64,000 bases of DNA. Origin: Vicugna vicugna. Its lineage: Eukaryota. Shown here piece after piece: positions 1 to 13,466 of this stretch. The notes beneath the pieces were generated by a model that saw only the letters and a program-made list of their open reading frames with translations, did not search any database and was not told the origin of the DNA. Position 1 is the first letter of the stretch. Each line of letters begins with the position of its first letter. The stretch lies in NCBI GenBank assembly GCA_013265495.1, contig MU058584.1:7034407-7098406 (forward strand), given 5' to 3'. The translations under genes and the position numbers were made by a program.

Positions 1-363
1 TTACCTGTAGTCTTTGATAATATTCTTGCATATTTTAGACATTTGTAATGCCAGTGAGGATAGATTGTTAAATTCTTTTCTTTTTACTTAACCATATATC
101 ATACATTTTTGTATTTTTCTGGTCTTGAAACTTTTTTCATTTCAAGTCATTGCTCCTTAAAACATTATATATTATTTTCTATTACTAAATTGAAGAGCAC
201 TTATTATTTAGATTAAGATATTCCAGCATGTATAACAGAGTCCTTTATGATCAGCAGTGTCTACTGCTGATAATCTGTGGTACGATTTTGTAGACTTTTT
301 CATACTTGACATGTGTATTGTATTTTTCTTAGTATATATTGTTTTTAAAAATCATGTACTGTA

Positions 364-492
364 TTTTTTGGGGGGGAAGGTATTGAGGTTTTTATTTATG
401 TATTTATTTTTTTAATGGAGGTACTGGAGTATTGAACCCAGGACCTTGTACATGCTAAGTACATACTCTGCCACTGAGCTGTATCTCCCCCC
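364..492 (-). mobile_element. tRNA-Ala-derived SINE (camelid vic-1 type)
   Basis: Reverse complement reads GGGGGAGATACAGCTCAGTGGCAGAG...GGTCCTGGGTTCAAT followed by a (TAAA)n/A-rich tail. Confidence 0.88.
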
Positions 493-559
493 TGTGCTGT
501 ACTTTTTTACTTTTATCTTGAATATCTTTCTGTACAAATCTCTGTTGTGTCTTTGTAAG

Positions 560-1300
560 TATCTCATACTACACCTGGCTAAAACAGAACTCTTGATTTC
601 CCCTCTTTCCCCATCTTCCCTAAATCTGGGCCTCCCTGCCTCACTTAATGTCCAGGTTTTCAAGCTCGGGACCCAAAGTGTCCTCGATTCCTCTTTCCTA
701 GCCTCCTATATCTAGCTGAGCCTTGGCCGCATCATCTTGTGCCTAGGATGTGGCAATCTATGATACCTCCACATTCCACCATTGGCCCCTACAATCCATT
801 CTCCACATTGTAGCCAGAATGATATTTTTAAAACAAAAGACATGCCTCTGATTAGAATTCAGTGGTTTCCCATTGCTTTGAAGATAAAATTTTAAATCCT
901 AATAGGCCCACCTCATCCGACCTCCTCTTTGTCTTTCAGTTCTCCCTTACCAGCTTCTGCCTCTCCAGCTTTTGTATTTTTGAACATGACTAGCATATTA
1001 CGCAGGAGGGCCTTTGCATTTGCTTTTCTTTAGGCTTGAAGCTGGCTTCTTCACCTTTGGATCCAAGTTGGAAGCTTTCTCCTCAGAGAGACCTTTAGAG
1101 ATCAGCTAATCTAAGGTAGTTCTACTCTTTCTTACTTTCTCATGTTATTCTGTTTGGTTTTATTTATAGCATCTGTCACCATCTGAAAAGATCTTATTTA
1201 CCTATTATTTGAATAACCAGACTAGAAAGTAAGACCCGTGTATTTATGAGCCACAGAATAGAATGCATAGTAGATGTTCAACAAATGTTTCAAAATACGG
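560..1300 (+). mobile_element. L2 LINE 3' fragment (degraded)
   Basis: L2-like motifs: caatccattctccacattgtagccagaatgat, cagtggtttcccattgc, terminal catagtagatgttcaacaaatgttt. Ends approximate. Confidence 0.65.
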
Positions 1301-2174
1301 ATCACTTAATGACTGACATAAATAAATTTTATCATGTACTATGTTGCAGTGAATATCTTTACGTGCATGTGTATTTTGCACATATATGTTAGTATTTCTT
1401 TAGGGTAGATTCTTAATGCTGCTGGATTCTAAACCATTCTTAGCTCACAGGTCTTACAAAACACGCCACGGGAGTCAGTTTGCCAAGCCTTGCCTGAATT
1501 GTCTCTGTTAAATGACACCAGAACTCCTCTGTGAAATTACCTGGACCAGATGCTTTTTGGGGTTGGGGACTTTTGAACAACTCTTACTTTTTACCTGTTT
1601 ATTTTGAACCAAATTTGGTAATTTCTGTTTTCCTAGAAAACCCTTGTTTCAAGTCCTCTTTTCATGTCCTGTGTGTATTTTATATCATCTTTCCCATTCT
1701 AAAGGTAACTTAAAATTAGAGTGATTCAGCTTATATATATTATTTTTTCCAGAAGAACTAACTTTTGAATTTATCAATTCTGTTTTTTTTTTTAATTTGA
1801 TCTTTTCTGCTTTTTTGGGTAACTTTTTAAACTTAATTGTATCTGATAATGAAAATACTTAAGAACTGAATTATATGATTATATATACAAATTTTAATGA
1901 GAGGTCTGTTGTTCATTTCCAATTGATTTTGTTCTACAGTTCTAGTTTTGTCTGTTGGTTAACTTTGTAACCACAAGAATCTTAAACTGTGTTCTTATCA
2001 AACCCAGGAACAAAAACAGTTCATTGTTTCTTGGCTTATTATGACATGTTTTTCTGCTCCTGTATTGGCTCTATTATTACATTGTTGTTCATTATTCCTT
2101 TTCAGGGATACTGATTTGTCCAATTTCATATCTTGCCAGCTTGTTTTTCTCCCTGCCATCTTCCCCTTCCTTTA

Positions 2175-2927
2175 TACAAAAACAAAAACACTCCTATGTC
2201 TCCTATACTCTTAATATGCTACCTTACTTCTGGCATTTCTGGTCTCCACGTGTGTAGGGGGGTGTTCCGCACCACCAAGCAATTAGGTTCTCCAGCCACT
2301 GTCTGAGTGTCCTAAAATTTAACTCAGTTCTGATACTATTTGCTTGGAGATAGTATCACATCCCACAGATCAGTAAGGGCTGAGGCCCACGAGACTGCCC
2401 TCCCCAGCACTTCAGATGCCAGGCAGAAGTCCAGATTGTTACCTGTGCTGCTGGCTGGCTGGCTGGCTAGCTAGAAACCAGAGGTCTGGTTAATTTACTT
2501 AAACAGTTCACAGAACTCTGGAAAACAGTTTACTTAGTACTAGATCACCAGTTTACTACAAAGATACTAAAGAATACAAATGAACAACCAGATAAAGAGA
2601 TGCACAGGCAAGATCCAGAAGAGCCCCAAGCACATGAGCCTCTGTTCCTGTGTAGTTTGTGGGGCTCTGTACTCCAGGAAGTGGCTCTGACCTTAGTGGA
2701 GGCGTGCGTGATTAAATCATTGGCAGTTGATGATGGATTCTAACACTGGCTTCCCTCCCCTCGCTGGAATCACTGCATTAACATACACTCAGGTGTAGTG
2801 GAAAGGAACTTGTTATGAATAACAAAAGACACCTTTATCTCATTAGGCAATTCCAAGGGTTTTAGTCCTGTGCTGGGGTTGGGGGGTGAAGACCAAATAT
2901 AATTTTCTTATAAATCACAATATCACA
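2175..2927. mobile_element. Solo LTR, MER21-like
   Basis: Motifs caccaccaagcaatt, aatttaactcagttctgatactatt, cacttcagatgcca and terminal aaatcacaatatcaca recalled from the MER21 consensus. Start approximate. Confidence 0.65.
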
Positions 2928-3109
2928 TCTTGCAAACAACACTCCACTTACACTAAATTTGTTTAACTGTCTCTAATAACTTCTGTCTAGTCCTTTGATG
3001 ATCATGTTCTTTTCCTTAATTTGCCCTAATAGATTTGCATGGTAATACTCTTATTTGCTTAAAATCTAAGGATGCTCGTCTTTAATAAATGATATGTAAT
3101 AAAAATACA

Positions 3110-6100
3110 TATTTTTATTGACATGATAAAGTGCACATACTTAAAAGCATCCTGTTTGATGGTTTGCATCCTGAGATGCTTAACCACAATCAAGATGAGC
3201 ATATCAACAAAAATACCCTTCTCTTCCTCCTCATTCCCATCTCTAGGAAATCACTGATCTGTTTCCTGTACAATAGATATATATGCGTTTTGAAGAATTT
3301 TATATAAAATATAGCACATACGTGGGGAGTTCAGCTTCTTTCATTCAGCATAATCACTTTGAGATTCACCTATGTTGTTACATGTATTAGTAGCTCATTC
3401 TTTATTGCTTGGGTAGTCCATTTATATGTATACAGCAATATGGTTTTCCAGTTTTTGCCTACTACAAATAAACCAAACTATGAACCATAGTAAAAGTCTT
3501 CGTGGGGATACATGTTTTCATTTCTCTTGTGTAAATACGAGGAGTGGAATTGGGGGGGTTGTATGGTTGGTGGATGTTTTCCTTTTTAAGAAACTGCAAA
3601 ACTTTTCCAAAGTGGTTATAACATTTTACATTCTTACGAGCAGGGTATGAGAGTTCTAGTTCTTCCACATCGTTATCTACACTTGGTATAATTACTCTGT
3701 TATTTTAGCCAATACAGTAAAAGTATGTAGGTAACTTACTGTGGTTTAAGTTTGCTTTTCCCAGATACTAATGATGCAGAAATGCTGAACATCTTTCATG
3801 AATGTATTTGCCATTTGTATATCTCTGGTGAAGTGTCAGTCCTGTGCCTTTTTTAAAAAATTGGGTTGTATGTTTTCTTATTATTGAGTTCTGAGAGTTT
3901 TGTACATATTCTGGGTAGATGCCCTTTGTTAGATATATAATTTGCAGATTTTTTCCCCCAGACAGTAGCTTGTCTTCTCATTCTCAACAGTGTCTTTCAA
4001 AAAGCAAAAGTCCAGTTTATCAATTTCATCTTTTATCGATTTTGCTTTTAATGTTTTATCTAAGAAATCTTTCTATTACCCAAGGTCACAAAGATTTTCC
4101 CTGTGTTTTCTCTAGAAGTCTTAACGGTTTTAGGTTTTGCATTTTATCAATGGTCCTTTTGAAAAAATTTGAGATACAATTGACATATGACATTGTGTAA
4201 GTTTGAAGTATACAACATGTGATTTGATGCACTTAAATACATTGCAGTGTGATTATCACTGTAGCATTAGCTAGTATCTCCACGCGTCACACACCTACTT
4301 ATCTTTGTGTGTGTGTGGTGACAACATTTAAGATTAGCGACTTTGAAGCACATATGCAGTATTGCTGACCATAATCATCATGTTGTGCATTAGACCTCCA
4401 CAGCTTACCCATCTTCTAAATGCAAGTTTGTACCCTTTGTTATGGACCATTTGGAGTTGAGTTTTGTATATGTTAGGTGTGGATCAGAGTTCATTTGTTT
4501 GTAATTTGTATACCTCATTGCTCCAGCACCATTTGTTGAGAAACAATTCTTTATTAGTGAACCATCTTTGCATCTGTCAAAAATCAGATGCTGTATATCT
4601 TTCTAAGACTGTTCTATTCCATTGCTCTGTTTTTACAATGTTGTGCTGCTTTGTAAGTCTTGAAATCAGGTGACATTGGCCTGCCAACATTATTTTTTAT
4701 TTTTGAAGTTCTTTTGGTTATTCTAGAGAACTTCCTTCTGAGATTTTTGTTTGGAATTGCTTTGAATCTGTAGATCAATTTGGCAAGAATTTACATGTTA
4801 ATATTGGGTCTTTTGACCCACAGACATGGCCTATCTCCATTTATCTAGGTCTTTAATGTTTTGTAGTTTTCGGTATACAAATATTGCATAGTTTTTGTCA
4901 GATATATCCCTAAGTATTTCCTATTTCTAATTGCTGTTATAAGTTGTACTTTAATTGCTCTTTGTTCATTTCTACTATGCATTGATGTAATTGATTTATC
5001 TATATTGAACTTGTATACAACCTTGCTAAATTCTTAGTTCTAGTAGCTTTTTCCAGACTCTTTCAAATTTTCTATGTATACAGTCAACAAATTAACAGTT
5101 TTATTTAATCCTTTTCAACCAGAGTTCGCCTCTCCCTTTTCCCCCTTATTGCCCTAGCTAGAACTTCTAGACCGTCTGGTGCAGTGTTGAACAAAAGTGG
5201 TATGAGTTAATATCCTTTTCTTGTTCTCTTTGTAGGAGTACAGGAGGCAAGCATTCAGTCTTCTTTTACCGTTAAGTATAATGTTGTTATAGTTTAATTT
5301 GTTTTAATAGGGGTACTGGGGATTGAACCCAGGACCTTGTGTGTGCTAAGCATGCACTCTCCAACTGAGCTATACTCTTCCTTGGCTCCCCTCCTTTTTT
5401 TTTTTTTTTTTAATGGTGGTACTGGGGATTGCTATAGGATTTTTTAAATTGTTATTAGACTATTTTTTTAAAATAGATTTTCATAGATGCCCTTTATCAG
5501 GCTGAGCCCTAGTTTACTGAGAGTTTATCAGGAATGGATATTTTTTGTCAGATGCTTTTTCTGCATCTACTGAGATAATCGTGTGTTTCTTTAGTTTAAT
5601 ATGTGGTGAAATGCATTGATTGACTTTTGAATGTTAAATCACCTTGCATTCCTAGGATTAAGATATTTAAATAATTTTTTTCACACATTATTCACCTAGT
5701 TCCATTTCTGGTGCTGTTCATTTTTTTCCTGTAGATACAGACTTCAGTATGATGTCTTTTTTTTTTTCCTGTTTGAAGGACTTTTAACATTTCTTTTAGT
5801 GTAACTCTGCTAATGATGAGTTATTTCACCTTATGTCTGAGAAACCTTTTTTTGTTAGTCATTTTTGAAAGATACTCTTTATGGCTATAGAATTCTAGGG
5901 TTATCAGTTATTTCAATAGTTTAAGCGTGTGGCTGCAGCATTTTTTCACTTGCTTGGTTTCCAACGAGAATTCTGCTGTCTTTTTTATGCTAATTCTAGT
6001 ATCTGAGTCAGCTGAGTTGGGTTCAGTTGATTCTTCTCTTTAATATGGTTCGTAATTTCCTGCCTCTTTGCCTGCGTGATAGTTTTTAAATGAATGCCTC

Positions 6101-6620
6101 AGTATAGATTTTGCCTTCTTTGGGTGCTGGGTATTTTTTCATTTTTTAAAATAAATATTCTTTAAATTTATTTGGGACTTAACAGAAACAGTGTGATTTA
6201 AAGTCTAGCTGACGATACTAGGCACTATTCCCAGCCCTTCCTGAGCAACAGGCACTGTTGCCTTCTGATTATTTCAGATGGTTCTTTCCTGGCTTTGGGT
6301 CTTTTCCTCACACACATGTACATATTTATGCTCTGCTGAATACTCAAGGGGGATCGGATCCTCTGCAGATCTGTAGCATTCTCTTTGTATACATCTCTTC
6401 TTTCCAGTATTGCATCTTAGCTACCTTGATCACGCTGAGTGCTCAGTTTCATTTTTTTCAACTTTAGGGAGTCTCCCAGGAGTTCTCTTCTGAGTTCCCT
6501 TCTCAGTGCCATGAGCTGGGAGCTCTCCAGGCAGTAAGCCAGGAAACTATAGGGCTCGCTTCTTTTGTTTCCTGTAAGAATCATTGTTCTTCCTTACTTG
6601 ATAGTCAGTGTCTTAAGCTC
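3110..6620 (-). mobile_element. Old L1 (L1M-type) fragments, antisense, with a nested L1 3' end (about 4165-4440) and a SINE
   Basis: Typical antisense L1 text: aaactgcaaaacttttccaaagtggtt, gctgaacatctttcatg, gaatctgtagatcaatttgg, cagatgctttttctgcatctactgagataatc. Confidence 0.8.
5293..5431 (-). mobile_element. vic-1-type SINE plus adjacent truncated second copy
   Basis: ggtactggggattgaacccaggacc...gagctatac; second ggtactggggattg at about 5418. Confidence 0.85.
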
Positions 6621-7654
6621 TTGCTTTATGTATATATGTAAGATTATACAGACACACACACCGTTACATACACTGGACAATAAGTATTACAAATGTATAT
6701 ATATATAATATATATATTATATACACATGTAATAACACACTACATAGACACACACACATATAAGTCCAGTTTTTGAGTTGAGTTGTTTTAGTAGGGAAGG
6801 TAGATCTCATCTCTGTTACTTCATGTTGGCTGAAAGTGTAAACCTATTGTGCTTGATCATTACTTTCTTAGAAAATTCTTAGCTGTGATTCTTTAATTCA
6901 TTTCAGGCATCCAAACAGGAATTACGTTTTAAAATATATTTTTAAATAAAGTATACTAAGTGAAGCTAAATTGTCTTGATGGTGCTTATTCTGGATTGAT
7001 TGGATTCTTTTGATACTTTGTCCTAAAAGTGATCTTAATTTTTAAACAAGTCACTGATTTTTCTCTCAACTGTGTGTTGAATGAAGTTTTAACTTAATTG
7101 AGAATTTCAGAGGATCTCCCAAGCCTTTTGGAAGCAACGCACGGAAAAGCAAATAGGCTAAATTAAACTATGACTTTAAACTGAAAGTGCCCACACTTAA
7201 CTGGCAAACCATTATGGTGTAATTGGCCTTTCTCATTTATCCAGTCTTATTATGGCTGCATATTCTTTGCCTTTAGAAATGCATATTCTTTTATAGAAAT
7301 AGGTACATTGTGATAGTTTGTTCTTTTGATTGAATTATCTTTGAGGTCATTTAACACTAGCTTCAATCATGTGCATTTATGATTTACTTTTTTTGTTTGT
7401 TTTGTTTAGTAGGTACTATAAAGCCTTAGGTTTTATACATGGAGAGGCTCATAAGCATATGATAGCCTAAACTTACTCTCTTCTAGTGGCCAAGAAGCTG
7501 ATTCTTTGTGCATCTTTCTCACTTTAGAGTACACTCAGTATGTATTTTGTTTACTTGTTCTTTGGTGAAAGAGCATGTATTGAAGGGCATACAGTGGTTT
7601 ACTAATAATAGCGGAAGGAGAAACTTCCTACAAAATTTTGAACCTTACTACTCC

Positions 7655-7792
7655 GGGAAGATACAGCCCTAGTGGTAGAGTGTGTGCTTAGCACGCATGA
7701 GGTCCTGGTTTCAATCCCCAGTACCTACACTTACAAATAAATAAATAATTAAACCTAATTGCCTTCCCCCTCCAAAAAAAAAAAAAAAAACC
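7655..7792 (+). mobile_element. vic-1-type SINE
   Basis: agtggtagagtgtgtgcttagcacgcatgaggtcctggtttcaatccccagtacc, then (TAAA)n, aaacctaatt and poly-A. Confidence 0.9.
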
Positions 7793-8599
7793 AAACATGA
7801 GTTTTACTATATATTTTCAGGAACTTTTCTTGTTCTTTTTTTGCATTTGGAAATTCCCTATAGTTTATAGGAAATTTCTTGGTTTTATTTTACTTTTAAG
7901 TAGGAAAATTCAGGTTCAATTTCTTATTTTTTCCAGGCTCTAAGGTTTTGTGATGGCTAGAATTGAATTAGATATTCTGTCACCCTGTGGTTAAATTGTG
8001 TTATGTTGCTTTGTTTTCCTTGTGTAAACATGAACAAGTTGAACCGCCCTATCTTGTTATTTTAATTTTTGTTTACTTATAAAATTGAACATTTTAATAT
8101 ATTTGCTTAGTGGTATTTTATCTCTAGTCGATTGTCTGTTCATAGCATCAGTTTGAGTTTCAAGTTTTTTCCTTCGGTTTGTTGAGTTCTTATATAACAT
8201 TTTGTCAAATATTGAGATATTTTCCCTGTTGACTCTAAACTTAGTATTTCTAACTGTCCTCTTTCTCTCATGCTATATGAATATTTTGTAGGTTTGGTTC
8301 TAAAACCCTTAATGTGAAATAAATGCCTGTGTTCTCAGTAAAGTTGAAACCTTCCTCAAAACAAAGAATAAATGTAAATAGGCAACAGGATATATTCTTC
8401 AGGAACACAGAGTTCTGGGCTGGAGTTATAAGTTTGGCGTGATCAGTTGGTAGTTGAATCCATAGAAGTGGATGAGATTCCCTACAGAGAAGAATTTAGA
8501 ATGAGAAAGAAAGTGAGGACGGGGATGGGTAGCACAGAAGGAAGGACTGGCCTTAATGGAATGGGAGAAAAGATACACTTCCTTTATTGCAGTGACTCT

Positions 8600-8905
8600 A
8601 AAGACTACTTGCGTATTAGGATTGCCTGAGGAGCATTTTCAAAATAAAGGTCGATGATCAGACCCCCAAAACTGGTGTATTTTAAGTTCTCGGGTAATTC
8701 TAATGTGCAGCAAGGGTTAAGGATCACTGCTTCGCATATGTCTGCCTTTAGTGAGTCAGTGGGTCTTAAACTTTTGTATGTCTTAGAATGACCTGGAGGA
8801 CTTGCTAAAGCACAGTGCTGGGCCATATCCTCAAGAGTTTGATTCAGTAGGTCTGGGTTGGAGCCTGAGAACTTGCATTTCTAACAAGTTTCTAGATGAT
8901 GCATA
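8600..8905. mobile_element. Two adjacent MER5-family (hAT-Charlie) relics
   Basis: taattctaatgtgcagcaagggttaaggatcactg; tgattcagtaggtctgggttggagcctgagaacttgcatttctaacaagtt. Confidence 0.75.
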
Positions 8906-9264
8906 CATCAGTTACTTTTTTTCACCTGAAGAAAGAACCCCTTGAATCTTAGTTTTGTCATCTAGTGACTATTCACTGTCTTCTTTTACCAGTTGATGAA
9001 TATTCTTCCTGTTTGTCTTTGTCCACATTATTGGTGAAAATAAATCAACAGGATAGATTCTTGAAGTATAGCTCTCTTCACACCATCATCATTATTAGCA
9101 CCCTTGGGTAATAATTAATTATATGCATTCTTCCACATACGATTATTTATGTATTAATTTAGTTCTTTTGGTTGCAAGTCAGTCTTTTCAGTTTATTTTG
9201 AGGAAAGATAGCGTCTCCAAGTAGACACTTATAAGAAACTAAGTGGTTACAGTTACATGGGGGA

Positions 9265-9450
9265 GGTGGCTGCATGGTTTAAATGGACTGACCCAGAAGC
9301 CTTGGTTTCAAATCCAATCTCACTTAACCTCTGAACATCAGTTTCTTCATCTGTAAAATCAGGATACTAACTAGATCATAAGATTGTTACACCAAACTGA
9401 GATAATAGATGTGGAAATTACTGGTAAATTTTAAGGAACTACATAAATAC
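9265..9450 (+). mobile_element. MIR SINE relic
   Basis: MIR core cacttaacctctgaacatcagtttcttcatctgtaaaat. Confidence 0.7.
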
Positions 9451-10534
9451 TATGTCACAGTTGGTATGAATATAAAATTACATCTCTGTGTGTGATGCTG
9501 ATTCTGCAGTTCCTTGACTTTGAGTGTTTTTTGCATCATATACTGTTGTGTACTGTCTTCAGCTCCCATGCATCAGTTCTCAGTGCTTTTAGCTATGTTT
9601 CCTTGATAGAATTCGACACCTCTTGCCCTACTTACACCCTCAACCCCCACCCCCAAAAAAGCCTCCTATGGTTGATAATATGTATAAACCTCATTAAATT
9701 AAAGGGAAGTAGAATGAGAATTTGTTTTTTCCCTGTTTATTAATAGACTAATTTTTAATTAGGATACATTAGTTCAGAAAATGAAAATTCTGTGTATGAA
9801 TATTCATTAAAATACTATTTACTTCTAATAACTTCTCATATACACAGAGACTTGTTTTGACAAGTGTACATCATTTCTCAAACACTTACTTCATAGCCAT
9901 GAAATAGAATAGTTTTTCTATACCTGGGTTTGTGAGGAAATGTTCTATCCTTTGTAGAATGCAGAGAAAATAGAATGTTCTTTCTATTCTAAACTGTTAA
10001 ATTAATAGAACTTTGTTAGACACGTACTGCCCGAAAACACAGTCATGTAATTCATAGGGAAATGGTGTTATCCTTCTGTTGTGTTTGGATTCTATGTGTG
10101 TAAGTGACAATGCCTGTCATCTCGAGCCTATTAAATTGAATAATATTTGTTTATTAAATAGACAATCTCCATAAATTCTCTATATTTGAACTGTTCATCT
10201 CAGTATGGAATAAAACCCCTATTCTCTATAGTATAGTTAAGTGGTTACAAGCCATAAATAATATACTCACCAAGTACATGGCAGTTTGTTTTCACTAATT
10301 TTGTCACATGTTGGCTGTTGGAATTTTACAGTATTAAATGGGTCAATGAAATTATTGATATGAGTTATTGAAGATTGATTTCGTTTCTCAAGTGTTTTTA
10401 TTTTTCAGAATTTCTGTGAACATGTGCATTAATAAGAGCTTTTGTAAGCTAATTCTAAAATTTTCCTCATTTTTCTTTCTTATGTGCATCTGAAAGACCG
10501 CTTTTAAGGAGTGTGGCAGGAGGTTCCGGACTCG

Positions 10535-10667
<133 letters not shown>

Positions 10668-11354
10668 TAAAATCAAGTGGCATTTATGTTTTTGATAGTT
10701 GTCATGGTTTTGTTTTATTACTGTAAATGGCACACTAGAGCTATTGCTGTCACGAGTTCAGGCAAACGTATGTTAATGCTGCCCTACTTACATTGTTCTT
10801 TTTGTGTACATGCATATCTTTTCAGTGGATATGAATTAGTATTTTTAAACTGAAGATCTATAATTATTTTTTAAATGTGTTTATTTTTCCCTGTTTGTCA
10901 GCAGAAAATAAGTAGAACTATGTGGTTCCAAAGGGAAGCTTGTTCAATGAGATTAATAGGCATAAAGCTTTACATTAGTGGGTTTATTCTACCACCTTTA
11001 GTTGTGGAATAGAGAGTCCTGTGGTGTGGTGTTTTATTGTGTTTTTTATTCTTTGAGCCCAGTGTTTACAGTGAAGGGTGAAAACTGAACCATGTATGTA
11101 TGCTAATGTGTGGTGCATTAGCAGTGTTCATTATATATATAAAGGCAGCATTTTCTCTAATATACGAAGTGTTGAGTTTAAAATTGATTCCTTGAAAAAA
11201 TTACAAAACCAGCGTTGTCATGTTTTCCTTTTTTGTAGTGTATAGTTTTCTAGTGTTTCATTGGTTGAATTGTTACAATTTTTAAACACCTGTTCAGTGG
11301 CTTAATGGTTAAATTTAATATAATTATATTTAATATAATTTCTGCTTTGGTATT

Positions 11355-11563
11355 CTTTAATATATATACATATGTGTGTGTATGTATGTGTGTATATATA
11401 TATATATACACATACTTTTTCCCCTTTTTAAAACTATTGTATTTTATTTTTAGGGGTTAATTAGGTTTACTTAGTTTATTTTTTAGAGGAGGTACTGGGG
11501 ATTGAACTTAGGACTTTGTGCATGCTAAGCATGCACTCTACCACTTGAGCTATACCCTCCCCC
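11355..11563 (-). mobile_element. vic-1-type SINE with (TA)n/(TG)n microsatellite in its tail
   Basis: Near-intact tRNA-Ala(AGC)-like head on the minus strand; flanking repeat tctgctttgg (11341) and tctgcattgg (11564). Confidence 0.9.
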
Positions 11564-11732
11564 TCTGCATTGGGTTATGCTACAATTATGCAGCTTAGTT
11601 TTAAATTTTTTTACCTTAAAATATAAGGAAATAATAATTCAAGATCCCATTAATTCCTGTTGTTTCCCTATTTTGTTTTAAGAAAAAGATAGATAATAAA
11701 AATAGATGTTTGAAGAAAGTTGATGTTATTGA

Positions 11733-11918
<186 letters not shown>

Positions 11919-12985
11919 TAAGTCAAAATCTACTAAAGAATGGAACCATTCCCCTTTCTTTGTAGGAACCTAAGGCTGAATTCCTTCCATGTGCTAGGTG
12001 TTGTGCTATGTGTATTATATATTTCATGCCCTTCAAGGGGTTTTATGTAGTCAGTGTTTGTGTAATTTCTCCTGTGAGTGGGCTTAGCGGCATTATTTTC
12101 ATGTGTCAAGGTAGAGCAGATGACAAAATTGCTAATCACTGCTTTTCCTATGTCATACTCTGTCAGGCTCCCTCCTCTCTCATCTTTACCACATCAGACA
12201 TTCTCTTTCTAAAATGATTAAGTCTTGATTCTGTTAAACAGTTTTCATGAAACTAAGAATTTCTGTCTACCTGATTCATCAAAACTATGCCCAATGCACA
12301 TCATAGGTACTCAAGTATATTATTTGAATGAATAAAGAATTAGCAAGAAAGTGAGCATGGAATTAGTAATGTCTCTTAATCATCATGTGTAAAATAAATA
12401 TTTAGCATTCTGTGTGGCAGGGATTATTCAGGGCTCCTGGTTTATTGAATGACCAAGCTAAGTACTGGTAATTTTTAAAAATAAAAGACAAGCACATGGG
12501 TACTTGATGCGTTTTGCCCATATCTGTTACTAAATTTCTGTATTCTGGTTTGGGGAGCTTTAGACAATAAATTTGACTACTTGGATAAAAACTTACTGTT
12601 CTCTGCTTCTTAGTTGTCAAATAATTATTTTGTAGTAGCAAGTCAGTTTCAGGCCTGAGTATACCAGAAATATATTACATTTCTTAAGTCTCTTAACTTT
12701 CTTATTCATTTTTAAGCCTTAACTCATTACAAGGCCTGAATAAAATTGTAGACCCTTTAAAAATACGTTTTACTCATAGGGATGCATCAGGCAGGTTACT
12801 TTTACCTCTTGATTAACAGTAATAGTAAGTACAGTGGTGAACCTGTTGACTGCCAAGTGGAGAACTTTCTTAGCCCCCAGCTAATTCCACCAGTCCGGAC
12901 TGTATGTATGCCTATAGTATTATTTCTAATTTTAAATATTCACTTCTTCAAAAACATTTTTTGGTAGCTATGTGCAATAATGAGT

Positions 12986-13156
12986 CTCTCCTTCCTTCCT
13001 TTCTCTCTTTTTCTCTCTTCCTTCCTTCCTTCCTTCCTTCCTTCTTTCCTTCTTTCCTTCCTTTCTCCCTCCCTCCTCTCTCTTTCTTTCTTTCTTCCTT
13101 CCTTCCTTCCTTCCTTCCTTCTTCTTTCTTTCTCTTTCCTTTTCTTTTTCTCCTTA
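12986..13156. repeat. (TTCC)n/(TTTC)n polypyrimidine microsatellite
   Basis: About 170 nt of pure pyrimidines on the + strand. Confidence 0.95.
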
Positions 13157-13356
13157 GGTTATTCAAGGGTAGAAATGAAAGGGGACAAAAATAGCTGTAT
13201 TTTATGTAAAGGAATGCTGCATAGGGAAAACTTGGGGAGGGGCATCTATAAGGAAATAGATAACCAAGGCAGTTTGTATGCAAATTCAGCTTAAATGTAA
13301 TATTTATTTTATTCAAATATACAATATCTGAAATAATGGATTCATATTTTTTTAAG

Positions 13357-13466
13357 AACACCAGAAGTTCCACCAGCACAACCAAAACCTGGGGTTGCAG
13401 CTCCCCCAGAAGTAGCACCTGCTCCCAAATCATGGGCCAGTAACAAGCAAGGTGGGCAAGGAGATG
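13357..13466 (+). CDS. PRRC2C: PRRC2C exon 4, TPEVPPAQPKPG...GGQGD
   Basis: tttaag| acceptor, G|gtaagt donor; 110 nt; phase-consistent. Confidence 0.95.

Noticed and set aside
11485..11563. tRNA-Ala(AGC) gene call, here and at the other copies
   Set aside because: The copies have A-rich tails, target-site duplications and stem mismatches: SINEs, not tRNA genes.
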